Assembly: GCF_000002075.1 (NCBI RefSeq)
Contig: NW_004797321.1
Coordinates: 356,835-420,834, forward strand
DNA from: Aplysia californica
Taxonomy: Eukaryota
Length of the DNA: 64,000 bases
Direction: 5' to 3'
Shown: piece after piece, positions 38,513 through 51,122 of the stretch
How positions within the stretch are numbered: position 1 is the first letter of the stretch
Layout of the letters: each line of letters begins with the position of its first letter
The notes under the pieces: model-generated
Told to the model about the DNA's origin: nothing
What the model saw: the letters and a program-made list of their open reading frames with translations, nothing else
The model's database searches: none
Program-made: the position numbers and the translations under genes

Positions 38513-39937
38513 GTCAGTAACTTTAGTGTTTGAAGACTACAAGGGGAAAAATAGCATTTTAAAGAATTTATGGTGGCTTCCTGACATTTTAAAACTTATC
38601 TGAGAAAATGTTCTATCCTACTTTAAGATATGAGGTTCAAAATTTTAAGACTGAGATTTCCCATAAATCACCATAATGTGACTGTGCCGTTTTTTACCCC
38701 TTTTAGTCTTCATTTTCATGTTTGATTTGTTCCTGGTATTTCTTTGACTGGTGCTGCACAAATGATTTTTGCTGTTCAGGTTTCACTCTCATTTCAGTCA
38801 TTGGTTACAATAAAGAATTTGTACTCAGAACTTTGAATGTACTTGCTAATCAGTAAGGCTTTTTGCCACGAGTTTTCTTTTGTAAGACATATTTTATTGA
38901 TTTTCTGTGTGAAGAACTGACAGAAATGGAAGAAATAAACTGATAGCCAAGGTGCCCAGTGTAAAAAGATGGTTATTCATATTTTTTTTTTTAAAGATTG
39001 TTTTCTTCCTTCTGTATTCTTAATCCTTTCTTTCTGTCTATCTTTCCTTCCTTTATTTTTAACCATTTCCTCTCTTCTAGACTGTTTAGGGTCTGCTTTT
39101 TCTTCCTTTTTCCGTCACACTTCATTCACTCTTTCCTTTTTTCTTCTTTCCTCCTCTCCCCGCTTTTCATTCCTTCTTTCCTTCTTCTTTTCTGTTGTTA
39201 CTTGGAACATAAAACAAAGATTTTACACTACTAACCTTCTGTCACATGCCACTATAACAGGAATTAGCCAAACCTGTTGGATTGAAATCTCACACTTCAC
39301 GCACAACTGAACTGAGGCTCTAACTAGCCTTTCTCACAATCTATACTGTCAGCAGGCCTCCTCTGCCTTGATACAACTCTCTCCTCTCCAACTCCCACCA
39401 GTAGTAACTGAGACTTTTATCAACTTGCAAACAATACAACTGAACACAGACTCACACTTTACTCACTCTCACACTTTCAGCCAAACAATACAATAGGCTA
39501 GGCCTAACCCCCTGCCACAACCAAAAACAACCAAATACACCACATTTTCTACCCATTTTCCACTTTCTGTCTCTTGTATTACTTACATGCCTTCTCTTTT
39601 ATTTTGGTCAAATTTCTAAAGGCCTTTACCACTCTTTTTGGAATGTTGTCAGTTTGTTTTGGGGTTTGTTTTTCTTTCAGGTGACAAATTCAGAACTAAT
39701 CTAATAAATTATTGTAATGTGTTTTACTACCATGTATGTTGTAATGGTTGAGCTCTATGCAGGTCGAAGCAGCCTGAGTTTCCTTTCAAGGGCATTAAAC
39801 ATTTACAATTCTTATTTAACATTGCAAAAAAAATGTTTGTGACAAATCTTATAAGTACCACCCCCCCCCCCCCCCCCTAAAAAAAAAGGAAAGATGTCTT
39901 CAAGTTGATGATTGTTCTTCCTTTTCTACTTTGTCAG

Positions 39938-40115
39938 TGTGAAAAAGCAGATGAGCAAAGGGAGCTGAAAGACAGCAACACAGAAATCTTCATCACCGCC
40001 ACCATCTATATTCCGTCTCAAGGGAAAATTGTGTGCGGCCGCAACAACGGCACGATTGTGATTGTGCCAGGGATAGATTGTATCAAGAGTCAGCTGTTGT
40101 CGGGGCAAAGTTCTG
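39938..40115 (+). CDS. WDR7: WDR7 coding exon 11 (...ITATIYIPSQGKIVCGRNNGTIVIVP...)
   Basis: ctttgtcag| acceptor, G|gtgagt donor; phase 0 to 1. Confidence 0.9.
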
Positions 40116-40421
40116 GTGAGTGGAGTTTTCCTGTCCCATCCCCCCTCTCCCCCACCACTCCTCTTCCCCCCTACCTTCCCTCCCCCCTCCCCCCCAAGTC
40201 AGATGTTGGTGAGTGTTCTTGTGTGGTTTGCTTCTCTTTTCATGTCAACTATCTGTAGGTCCTATGTCTTTTCTGCGTGTCTTACTCACTCTTTAATTGC
40301 ACTAAATGACTTTTATGTTGATATGCTGTCTCTTTATTCCGCAACAACAAAAACAACAGCTTGCTCTCAGTGTACGTGTATAACAGTATGTCTGTAAGTC
40401 TGTACTTGTTTCTCCCCTCAG

Positions 40422-40639
40422 CTCCCTCCCCTAAGATCCTGTATGGCCACCACGGGCGCGTAACCTGCCTCCTATACCCTTTCAACGAGTCCACACGCTA
40501 TGAGCCCCACCACCTGCTGTCCGGAGGCTCTGACTTCTCAGTGGTTCTGTGGGACGTCAATGGAGGTGTCAAGATTCACACCTTCACCGTGCATGGGGGG
40601 AGTCTGAGTCACATGACAGTACCTCCTGCTAACTGCAAT
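40422..40639 (+). CDS. WDR7: WDR7 coding exon 12 (LYGHHGRVTCLLYP...LLSGGSDFSVVLWD...PPANCN)
   Basis: tctcccctcag| acceptor, |gtaagt donor; complete WD40 repeat; phase 1 to 0. Confidence 0.95.
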
Positions 40640-40817
40640 GTAAGTTGGTAAAATATTTTTAAAAACCACAAGCAAACAAACCAAAAAACTATACGGTTTT
40701 ATGAACACTAATTGCAATGTGAGTTTGTAAGATAAAAAAAAACAACTCCCCCCCCCCCCCCGTTTTTTTCTTTACTCTAGCTGAAATGTGAGTTAGTAAA
40801 TTATAAAGAAAAAGAAC

Positions 40818-41259
40818 ATTTGTGTTACGTGGGGTGGAATCAGGCACTCATCTGGGTTTTTTGGGTCATATGGAGTTATTTGCATTATCTTAAACCATGT
40901 TTGTTTTTCTATCTTTCTTTGAAAAAAATACACGTCTTTCTTGAATAGAAGTTGAGATGTTTGCGATTGAAGGAACTGGGTATCGCCTAGTTTCCGAGGT
41001 AAAATCAGTAAGAAATGGGCCACTTAAGTTTAGTGACTTCTATAGCTTGAGAGACCTTGGATAATGGAAATTTACTTTTTTGGTGCTTTTAATCCACAAG
41101 TTGCAGTAAAATGCACACTGAAATTTGTTTTTAAATGGACACAAAATGTGTTGAGCAAAGATCGAAATTTCGAAAAAAAATTGGCCAAACCAGCGGAAAA
41201 ATGTCGATATATTTCATTATTTTGACGAGCATGTGATTTCACAACGATGCCTCACAAAT
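40818..41259. mobile_element. TIR MITE, copy 1 (ATTTGTG...CACAAAT termini)
   Basis: Imperfect ~35-bp TIRs; homologous along its length to 41410-41849. Confidence 0.65.
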
Positions 41260-41409
41260 TTCTGAACACATATTGCAATGTGAGTTGGTAAAGGAGGAAG
41301 GAGGATGAAGGAATTGTAATCTTGGTTTGACTTAGTGCTGGAACAGTTCCTGCACGGTAAGTGTGAGTTGGGGTCTTGATTTTAGACGAGCCTTTTATTT
41401 TACAGAAAT

Positions 41410-41849
41410 ATATGTGTCACGACGTGATGGAATCGGACGCTCGTCAATTTTGGGCATGTGGAGTTATTGGTATCATCTGAAAGCTGATTTATTTGCCTTG
41501 CTTCCTATGAAATAAATGTCCATTTTTCTTGGATAGAACTCAAGATATCTGCGATTAAAGGAAGTGAGGTCGCCTGGTTTCAGTGGTAAAATAAGTGAGA
41601 AAATGACCGCCAAAGTTTGGTGACTCCAATAACTAAAGAGTCTTTGATAACTGAAAAATGACATGTTTTGTGCCTTTAATCTATGTTTTTAGTAAAATTC
41701 ACATGGAAAGGTGTTTTTACATGGACAGTAAAGAGGTTAAGCCAAAAATTAAAATTCAGTAAAAATATCCAAACCAGCTGGAAAAATGCCTGTTTCTCCA
41801 ATTTCATTACTTTGACGAGCGCTTGATTTCACCACGCTGCTTCACATAT
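41410..41849. mobile_element. TIR MITE, copy 2 (ATATGTG...CACATAT termini)
   Basis: Imperfect ~38-bp TIRs; diverged copy of 40818-41259. Confidence 0.65.
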
Positions 41850-42035
41850 TTCTTTAGCCTGCATGTGACAAAAGTGGGTGGTTGGAGGACCCTACATTTG
41901 AAGGTCTATTTTCTTTCCTTTCCCTCTTTTGTTTCTGTCTGTCTTACTCCTTCCCTTCTTTTAATAACCATTATCGGGTCAGTTTTTATGTGCTCTCTCA
42001 TTACTCGGACAAATTAATGAAACATTCTCTTGTGA

Positions 42036-42293
<258 letters not shown>

Positions 42294-42344
42294 TGATGTG
42301 GATATCCCTTCTGCTAACAGTATCTTTAGTTGTTGGTCAGACGT

Positions 42345-42955
42345 AATAAATGATAATAATAGATAATAATGATAATAGTATAATAATAATAACAATAATA
42401 GTAAGTTATAAATAATTATAATAATAAGTAATAAGTAATAAGAATTAATAATATTAATAAATAATAAAAATTAATAATAATAAATAACAATAAGTAATAA
42501 TAATTAATAATAATAATAACAGTAAATAATAATAACATAATAATTATTCTAAAAATAATAATAAATGATAATAATAAAAATGATGATAATAATAAATACT
42601 AAGAAGAAGAAGAAGAAGAAATAACATTTGCATAGCTCAAATTCCCTCTTAACAGCAAGCTCTATATGCTTTACAATCTATATTATTAATCCAGCAGACC
42701 TGATAGTGTTCTGAAACAAACTCAACTTCCCGAGAAGCATACAGTGCAAGGTGCCATTTTACAGGCGCTAAAACACTGCTACACTGACAAGATCTTTTGC
42801 TATCTGTGGAGGGGCACCCATTCTCACCTCGGTGAAGTATGGGAAATTTGTGTAAAGTGCCTTTCTCAAGGACACGACTTCAGGCCTGAGTCTCAAACCC
42901 CCTGAACCCGCTACCTCACAATTGCATGTCCAGAAGCACACCAACGGGGCTTACT
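42345..42955 (-). mobile_element. tRNA-derived SINE with a conserved central domain and a long (TTA)n tail
   Basis: Reverse tRNA-like head at ~42880-42955; GGCACCCATT...GTAAAGTGCCTTTCTCAAGGACAC core; 3' tail shared with fragments at 10669-10755 (-) and 32490-32553 (+); (TAA)n at 42345-42600. Confidence 0.7.
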
Positions 42956-44719
42956 CACAATTATGTAAGCAGTTGTGATTGAGAGTCAAGGATTGTCTGG
43001 CAAGATGAAGAACACTGCATATGTTTAGAATGTAGAAATGCTTTTCCTGCTCTTTTTGCAGTTCTCTTGTATTGTTGGTGTTAACAGCTTCAGGAATATT
43101 TAACTTTCCAATTTGGAAAATANNNNNNNNNNNNNNNNNNNNNNNNNNNNNNNNNNNNNNNNNNNNNNNNNNNNNNNNNNNNNNNNNNNNNNNNNNNNNN
43201 NNNNNNNNNNNNNNNNNNNNNNNNNNNNNNNNNNNNNNNNNNNNNNNNNNNNNNNNNNNNNNNNNTTGATAGTTTTTTTTTCTACCCTGAATACTCAAAG
43301 TATGGCCGTTTGTTATTTTTAGTTTAGTGACATGGCCATACTGTATACAAGAATGCAGAAGATGTAAGGAGGTGTAGTAGACTCAAGGGCTCATTTTTTG
43401 TGTGTGTTTGTAATCAGTTTTGGTATACCATCAATTACTCTAGAAGTGTTTTCTTTGATGATTATCCAATGCTCCTCTTTCTCTTTATCCCTTGATTATT
43501 CATGTTTCTTTTTTCTTTTACTTACTATCTCTTCCCCAAAGTTGTTCTTGTATTTAGATTGACTTCTTAACGTAAGACTCTGTCATACATCACTCTTTAA
43601 AATGGCATATGACAGAGTCTTACACAAAGCAGGCGAGATACTGATTTCTGTCACCTCTATAAATTGGACTTACGTCTAGGAATGCGGTCTCCTTCATCTG
43701 TGAGTGGTTGGTGGGTGCTGATGGTAATTCTTTCTTCTTTTCTTTCCTTCTATAGATTCTGTGTGTCTGTCTTACTTTTTCCCTTCACATTATGACTTAT
43801 TGTGTCAGCCGTTGCTCAAGAAGCTGGTTTGGCAGTCACCCTGTGTAGGTCTAAATCTACACCCCCCTCCCCCCCCACCAGTGCTACTGACTGAAGCGTC
43901 TTTAGGCCATTCCCAAAAGAGGGGGGGGGGGGGGGATATTAACATGCTCTTATGGGCAGTAGAATTGTAAATGGGCTGATTCATCAATGTCATGCTCATA
44001 CTGTGCCGGAACAACAAAGGGGGAACTGCTGCTTTTTCTTTCTTCTTCCTTACTATCGTCTTTTTCCTCGACTTTTTTTGTATGTTTGTCACTCTTGTGG
44101 CCCACTATTTCCGGGGTGCCTTGATAGTCGAAGCAGACTTTGTGTTGTTCAGGCTAGAGAGGTGAGCAGAGTAAGCGTGATTGCCCGTTTGGACTTCTCT
44201 GTTGACATCCACCCCTTGTCGATCTTATACTGTTGCGAGGGCTGTAAAAACCTTACTGAAACTAAAACTAAATCTAGCGGCGAGCAAGCTTGCGATCATC
44301 TTTCTATCCTCCATTTTGTCGACTGGACTTTGTTGTGTGTTATTTTAGTTCCATATATTATGTAATGATAATATATGTTAGTGATTGCGCAAATGAACTC
44401 CCTTTTTCGAGCTGGTATGAGGCTTGATTTGCTGGGTAGTAAATTTTTTTCCAGGTTTTAAATTTTTTCAGCAAATATTGCTGGACACTCTGGTCAGCGT
44501 ACTTCTTTTTACAATATCACTTTATTCCACGCTGATACTGAACTATTAATCTTATTTTGTAGTCCTCTGATTGAATATTTTACAATGTTGTATGTCTATT
44601 ATTATCTTCTCACTAATGTTTACAACGTTATCCATCTACTGCCATCCTTTCACTTAATATTTACATTGTCGTTTGTCCACTGTTGTACCTGAATTTGTAA
44701 CTCGTACTTTGCCCACCAG

Positions 44720-44889
44720 GTCACCTGGACAGAGTGATCGATGGAAAAACTGCAGAGGACGTACTCAGTAACTGCGATGAAAACGCGACTCCTGTGGAAG
44801 CCCTGACAAACCCCAGCATCACGCTAGCGCAGGCACTCAAACGGAGAAATCTGGCAACATTCCGTAACCTGGCACAGCAAAAACTTCAG
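44720..44889 (+). CDS. WDR7: WDR7 coding exon 14 (GHLDRVIDG...ALKRRNLATFRNLAQQKLQ)
   Basis: cccaccag| acceptor, CAG|gtgcag donor; phase 1 to 0. Confidence 0.92.
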
Positions 44890-45314
44890 GTGCAGATAAA
44901 GGGATGACTGACAAAGATAAAATCTTACTTCTATTGATACTTGTATTTGAATTATTATTTTAATGCATGCTCTATGCATATCCCATTCTTTCCGTTTCTC
45001 TTGATGATTTATTTTTAGCTTTTTCCTTTACTATCTCTGTGGTTTATTGTGGCTTTCATACCAACCTACCTACCTACACCTCCCCCTTCCACACACACAC
45101 ACACACACAGAGACAGAAACACATGCACGCACACATGGACACTCTCACATGCTTCCAGACATACATATGTGTGTACACATGTATGTGCACACATACGCAC
45201 ATTTACACACAGTCTCACACACAGATAGTCAGACAGACAGACAGACGGGCATGTGAAAACCCACCCCCACCTGCTCCTCTTCCTTCTATACCCTTTATAT
45301 CTTTGTCCCCTCAG

Positions 45315-45462
45315 ATGGGTGGCCACGCCAACCAGCCCAGCCCTGGCCACAAGTCCGAACTGGTCAAACCTACAGGATTCCCTCTCCTCATTCAAGGCAT
45401 CAAAACCAACACCAGAGACCCAGATGCTCATGTGCTCTTCTTTGACACAGAAGCTTTGATAG
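45315..45462 (+). CDS. WDR7: WDR7 coding exon 15 (...PLLIQGIKTNTRDPDAHVLFFDTEALI)
   Basis: tcccctcag| acceptor, G|gtcagt donor; phase 0 to 1. Confidence 0.93.
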
Positions 45463-46464
45463 GTCAGTCTTGATTTATTTGCTCATTTGTTTGCTTGCGA
45501 AGTGAGTTTTTGTCTGTTTAAGTAGTGCTGGGAAAAAGCAAAACCGGCAAACAGAAACTAAAAAGGGATAGTAAAGAAGTACGACCTACCGGTTCCACCC
45601 TCCAGCCACCCGATAGCTGAATGTAGTTTTATTAGAGTCGAACAAATGTCATTTCTGCTACATCGTGAGGAAACGGGTGAACAAAGATTTTGTCAAATAC
45701 AAGATAAGAAGTAACTTAAATTGTCATATCCAATCAAGAGAAATATAACAGATTCATTGCAATATATCTTATAGAATTTTACAGAGAAGGACATTTGATT
45801 TCCAGGTACAGTTTTGAGTACTGGTGCAACTGTGTTAGAGATATGTGCGATTCAGGCATGGGACCTCTCGATGGGTTTGGTTTTTTTCTCTAGATGTTCT
45901 TATTTTATCTTTACATGTAGTGTTAATGCCTTTGCTGCTTTTCTGCCTTGATCAGTATCTCTGGTACTGAATAACCTCTATACCAGGCGATCATGTTTTT
46001 ATGACATGCTTCTACTTTTTTAGGAATGCATATAATCTCATCCTTGACAGCTTTTGTATCAATTTCCTGCTCAGGGCTGACTTTTCTGAATTGTTTCCCA
46101 CATTATGCTTTATGTAACTTTTAAAAAAAAACCCGACAGCATGCATTGTCTTACCTACACGCTACATTATTATTCTGCTGTCCCACGGCAGGGCACTGTA
46201 ATGTATGGAATCAGAGTTTTTGGCTTCATTGGTTTGTTGCACTTGTCTTGCCCCTATTTTCCCTATGTGAAAGGTTGGATGGTGTATCTACATCCGAAAT
46301 AGTAGTTTTCAAAGGGATAAAGCTACAAAAATGACTGATCTCAATAGTTTTTCCCTTTTTTTTTTCTCAAAATCATGAGATGTGTAGTTACGTTGCTCTG
46401 CCTTTGGACGGCAGAATTGTCAATGGGGTCTTGCTTCAGGGTATGGGGATTGTAGTTCAAAGAC

Positions 46465-48476
46465 TTGTCTGTCCATCCTCTCCTAGTCTATTTCCTTACG
46501 GATGAGTATACTTGTCTGTCCATCATCTCATCACAGATGAGTACACCTGTGTCTTTCATATTTCAGTCCCTCTCCTCTTGGAGGAATATACTTGTATGTT
46601 TGTCCATCATCTGTCCATCATCTCTCAGTCCATCTCACAGAGGAATATACTTGTCTGTCCATCATCTCCTCTTGGAGGAATATACTTGTCTGTTCATTTT
46701 CTCCTCTGGAAGAAAAACACTTGTCTGTCTATCCTCTCTCAGTCTATCTCTTCGTGGAGGAGTATACTTATCTCGCCATCCTTTCCTTATGAAGGAGTAT
46801 ATCTGTCTGTCCATCATCTCTCACTCTCAGTCCGTCTCCTCACTAGTGTTGGGTCGGGCTCGCAAAATTAGCGTCCGTAAGTAACGAACTACTCGCTGGC
46901 ACTACCCGCAAACGAGCGGACGAGTAACGAACCGTCCGTTTGAGAAGAGTAGTTCACTACTCGCTACTCGCTACACATTGGACAGAGACAACAGTTCGTT
47001 TAGCGAGCGAGCAGCGGGGCGGACCGAGAGACTCCATGCATTCGAGTGGGCGGACGGACGGATGGGAGCGACTCCTTCCATTGTATACAACTTACAAACC
47101 TCCCCCCCCCCCCCCAACAAAAAAAAATTAATTAAAAAATCACCCTCCTGCCTCACATTGTAGCTAGGCGTTCATGGCGGAAATTTCTCTCCCACCCCCC
47201 CCTCCCCCGGCCTTTGCGATAATTGGAATGTACACAGTGTGCCCACACTCAAGGTGAAAGTTTACACACATAGTACTATGTCACCAGCCTCTCTCACTCG
47301 CTGTGGCGCCGCCAGCGGTCTGAAACATTAGGCTTATTTAACAAACAATAGACCTGGGCCTAACCTCGCGTCGAGTATCTCGTCTGCTAGAGTTCGTCCG
47401 TTTGCCCACCCGCCCAGTGAATAAAATTGTGGAGCAGACCCAAAAACTGTCTTGAGGTCTGCAGTCCGCTCGCTGAGAGAGTCAAATTGTGGAGCGGACC
47501 CAAAAAATGAACTGTCTTGAGGTTCGCAGTTCGCTCTCATGGCCGTCCGTTACCCGCTCGCTCTGACTGAGTCCGCGATTCGCTCGCCCCAACTCTACTC
47601 CTCTCGGAGGAGTATACTTGTCCGTCCATCATCTCCTCATTGAGGTATAGATCAATACTTGTCTGTCCGTCATCTCTCACTCTCAGTCCATCTCTTCTCG
47701 GAGGAGTATACTTATCTGTCCATCATCTCCTCGTAGAGATGTATACTTGTTCGTTCCATCATCTCTCACTCTCTGTCAATCTCTTCATGGGGGAGTATAC
47801 TTATCTTAGCTTTCTATCATCTCCTCACGGAGGTGTATACTTGTCTGCGTCTGTCCATCATCTCTCACTCTCAGTCCATCTCTTCTTAGAGGAGTATACG
47901 TAGCTTTCCATCATCTCCTCACTCTGTCCATCTCTTCATAGGGGAGTATACGTAGTTTTCCATCATCTCCTCATAGAGGTGTATACTTACCTGATTATCA
48001 TCTCTCACACTCAGTCCATCTCTTCATGCAGGAACTTATCTTTCCATCATCTCCTCATAGAGGTGTACACGTGTCTGTCCATCATCTCTCACTCTCAGTC
48101 CATCTTCTCTCGGAGGAGTATACGTGTCTGTCAATCATCTCTCACTCTCAGTCCATCTTCTCTCGGAGGAGTGTACGTGTCTGTCAATCATCTTTCACTC
48201 TCAGTCCATCTTCTCTCGGAGGAGTATACGTGTCTGTCAATCAGCTCAGTCCATCTTCTCTCGGAGGAGTATACGTGTCTGTCAATCATCTCTCACTCTC
48301 AGCCCATCTTCTCTCGGAGGAGTGTACGTGTCTGTCAATCATCTTTCACTCTCAGTCCATCTTCTCTCGGAGGAGTATACGTGTCTGTCAATCAGCTCTG
48401 TCCATCTTCTCTCGGAGGAGTATACCTGTCTGTCAATCATCTCTCACTCTCAGTTCATCTCCTCACGGAGGAGTAC
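46465..48476 (+). repeat. Minisatellite (~53/45-bp unit) made of the exon-16 acceptor plus the first ~23 exonic nt
   Basis: Unit GTCTGTCAATCATCTCTCACTCTCAG|TCCATCTTCTCTCGGAGGAGTATACGT; interrupted by the hAT element at 46844-47597. Confidence 0.92.
46844..47597. mobile_element. Non-autonomous hAT element (754 bp) inserted in the splice-acceptor minisatellite
   Basis: TIRs TAGTGTTGGGTCGGGC / TAGAGTTGGGGCGAGC; 8-bp TSD CTCCTCAC/CTCCTCTC; CpG-rich subterminal motifs. Confidence 0.8.
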
Positions 48477-48579
48477 GCCCTTCTGTCGCCGGCTGAGCTG
48501 GAGGCTCGGGGCATGAACGTCCCGGAGAAGGCATTGTCGGCACAGAGTGACTTGAGTGAGGCTCAGCAGAAACTGTCAG
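48454..48579 (+). CDS. WDR7: WDR7 coding exon 16 (VHLLTEEYALLSPAELEARG...QQKLS)
   Basis: cactctcag| acceptor (the last of many tandem copies), G|gtgagt donor; phase 1 to 1. Confidence 0.88.
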
Positions 48580-49950
48580 GTGAGTCTTTCACAGTGTCAT
48601 GGTGAGGAGGAGGAGGGGAAGACATGAAGGGGAAGGAAGAGGAGGGGAAGACATGAAGGGGAAGGAAGAGGAGGGAGAGGGGGACCTCCATGTTCTCGTT
48701 GCATAAGGAAGTAATAATATAGTTTCGATATATTTCTCTTTACTTCTTTTCTGTCCCTTTTTTGTTTCTCTCTATCTTGCTTTTGTCCGACACTAAACAG
48801 CTGGCATTGTGTTGATTGGCTTCTCTTTACTCCAATAAGTATCTTCTTCCCTTGTGTTGGGTGAAATAGTTGTATCGATATGTCAGTACTTTGTGAAATG
48901 GTTTCAGTGCCTTGCTGTGAGTATTCCTTAGTTGACTGTTTATGTGTGACTGATGAAATGAATAATATGTCGCCCATAGAGTAGACAACAATACATGAGG
49001 TGCTTTGTCTCATTGGTTGACATGTAAACACATGTCATATATCTGGTCTGATAGCCCTGACAGAGTTGGGCCATAGGGGACAATCTGTAATTCCATGTCT
49101 GCTAAAATTGTAAATGCCTTCTGGAACCATGGCCACTACTCTTCTGGTCAGGGAAATTAAAACATCAGAATTCTTTTTTTAGGTTCCACTTATTTTCTTT
49201 TTTTCCTCTTTTGTTTTTAAATCTGTCTTTCTTAATTCTTGGGCTAGATAGCTGTTATTGTGTTGGTGTTCCCACATCTTTGTTGTGTGCCTATGCCTAG
49301 ATACTAGCTGATCATTGTGTTCTCTTTGTTCAAGCCATTTTTTCTCTGCTTTTATTTCTGTTTGTTGTTTTGTGATGCATGGCTGCCTGATAATCTCTAA
49401 TCATGTATTGCTAATAACTAATCAACCACTTTTGTCCGAAGTACTCTTTGGCTGTTTATTAATGAAACATTATTGCTATTGTTTAGTGGCATGTGAATAT
49501 ATGTATAGAGATATAATGTGTGTGCATGTGTGTGTGAAATCAGGCGGTTGTCAAAATAATTATATTGAAGGCGCTGACATTTTTTCTGCCCATTGGGCAA
49601 TTTTAATCAGTGGGGGGGGGCGTTGGCACAACACCTTACATGACCATTTAAAACATTTTTTACTGAGAAATATTGATCAAAGGCACAAAAAAATATAAAT
49701 TACAGTTTTCAAGGACACTCGAGCTTTAAAAATCACAGAACTTCGGTAGCCATTTCTTCTCTAATTTCACCTCTGAAACCAGGCATCCACCATCTCCTTC
49801 AGGGGCAAATATTTTGACTTCTATCCAAGATGAATGGGTGTTTTCTTTATCAGAATCAAGACAAATGATCAAGCTTTAAGATAATACCGATAACTCTATA
49901 TGCCCTCAAATTTCAAGTGTATGATTCCCCTGTCATCACGCTCGGGCACA

Positions 49951-50014
<64 letters not shown>

Positions 50015-51122
50015 GGTGTCTTTACCTGTAAAACATGATCTCACTTTATTTACATTTACAATCTTTATCCTTCTTGAGCTTTGACTGAAGTAGTTCTACA
50101 CTTTTGATTGTGGATATTTTTTTAAGCAGTGACTGCCCATCTTTAGGTGTGTGCGCTCACTGGAAAGAACTTCTCGTTTTGATGAAAAAGAACTTAATTT
50201 CTTTTCTTCTAAGTTCAGTTCTGTTGGCACCACCCATTTCAATATCTTTGAATGTGGGTCTTTCAAAACACTTAACAAGTAGACATTCTGGGATCAAAGT
50301 TTCTACATATTATAGATATATGACCTGACCAATCTGTCACTTCAAACATCTGATTTTAGTTTACCTACAGACTATTTCCGACAAAATAAAAGCTGGTGGC
50401 TACTTTTACCGTTTTTCTTCTGAAATGATGTAGCGTCATGTTTCTATTATGTTGTGTTGATATGTATTGCAGTGTTAAATTGCTGTTATGTTGTAACTAT
50501 ACAGTGTGATGTGGGTTCTTTTTTTGTCTTTTTTTTTTTTTGGTAGTGCTGGTGGTAGCTCATAGTAAAATATGGTCCTTATATCTATGTCATAGGGACT
50601 CGTGGTTATTTAGGTATGCTTTTTAGCAGAAAGTTGTTATTTGGCTTCTTACCATGGCTATCTATTGTTTATGGGCCTCTACTCTACACTACCTCTTCTT
50701 TCTTCTCGCAAATTTTTTTCTTCTTGTTCCTTCTTTGGTGCCTGTTTATAGCTTCCCTTCTTAATTTGTTTTCTTTCTTTTTTTTTCTTTCTTTTCTTTT
50801 TTGTGTATTTGGATTTGCAAGGTATATGACTTATTTGTGTTGCAAGTGCTGCAATACTCTTACTAAAACTAAAAAGTCAGGGGGCCCTTACACTGAAGGT
50901 TAAGAATTATGTCTAGAAAGTGAAGAGCTTCTCGTGCAGCCAAACAATGCATCTAGAAGTTAACAGGTTCTCATTAAACTATGTATCTAGAAAGTTGGTT
51001 GGAGCCCACAAATCAATGTGTGTAGAAAGTTCAAGGGTCCTCACCAAACACTGTGTGTACAAAGTTGAAAGGTTGTCATGCATGTTCTCATGTTGTGCCT
51101 CATGCTGCTATTCTGTTCACAG

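Noticed and set aside
46465-48476. Regular repeats resembling a CRISPR array; ORFs 47979-48605, 48026-48496 and 46465-46884 as separate genes
   Set aside because: The units are contiguous with no unique spacers, there are no cas genes and the context is a eukaryotic intron. The ORFs are translations of the minisatellite, and only 48454-48579 is exonic.
50371-50395. Small exon (cctacag|ACTATTTCCG...|gtggct)
   Set aside because: It is 25 nt, so not frame-preserving, and the donor is weak.
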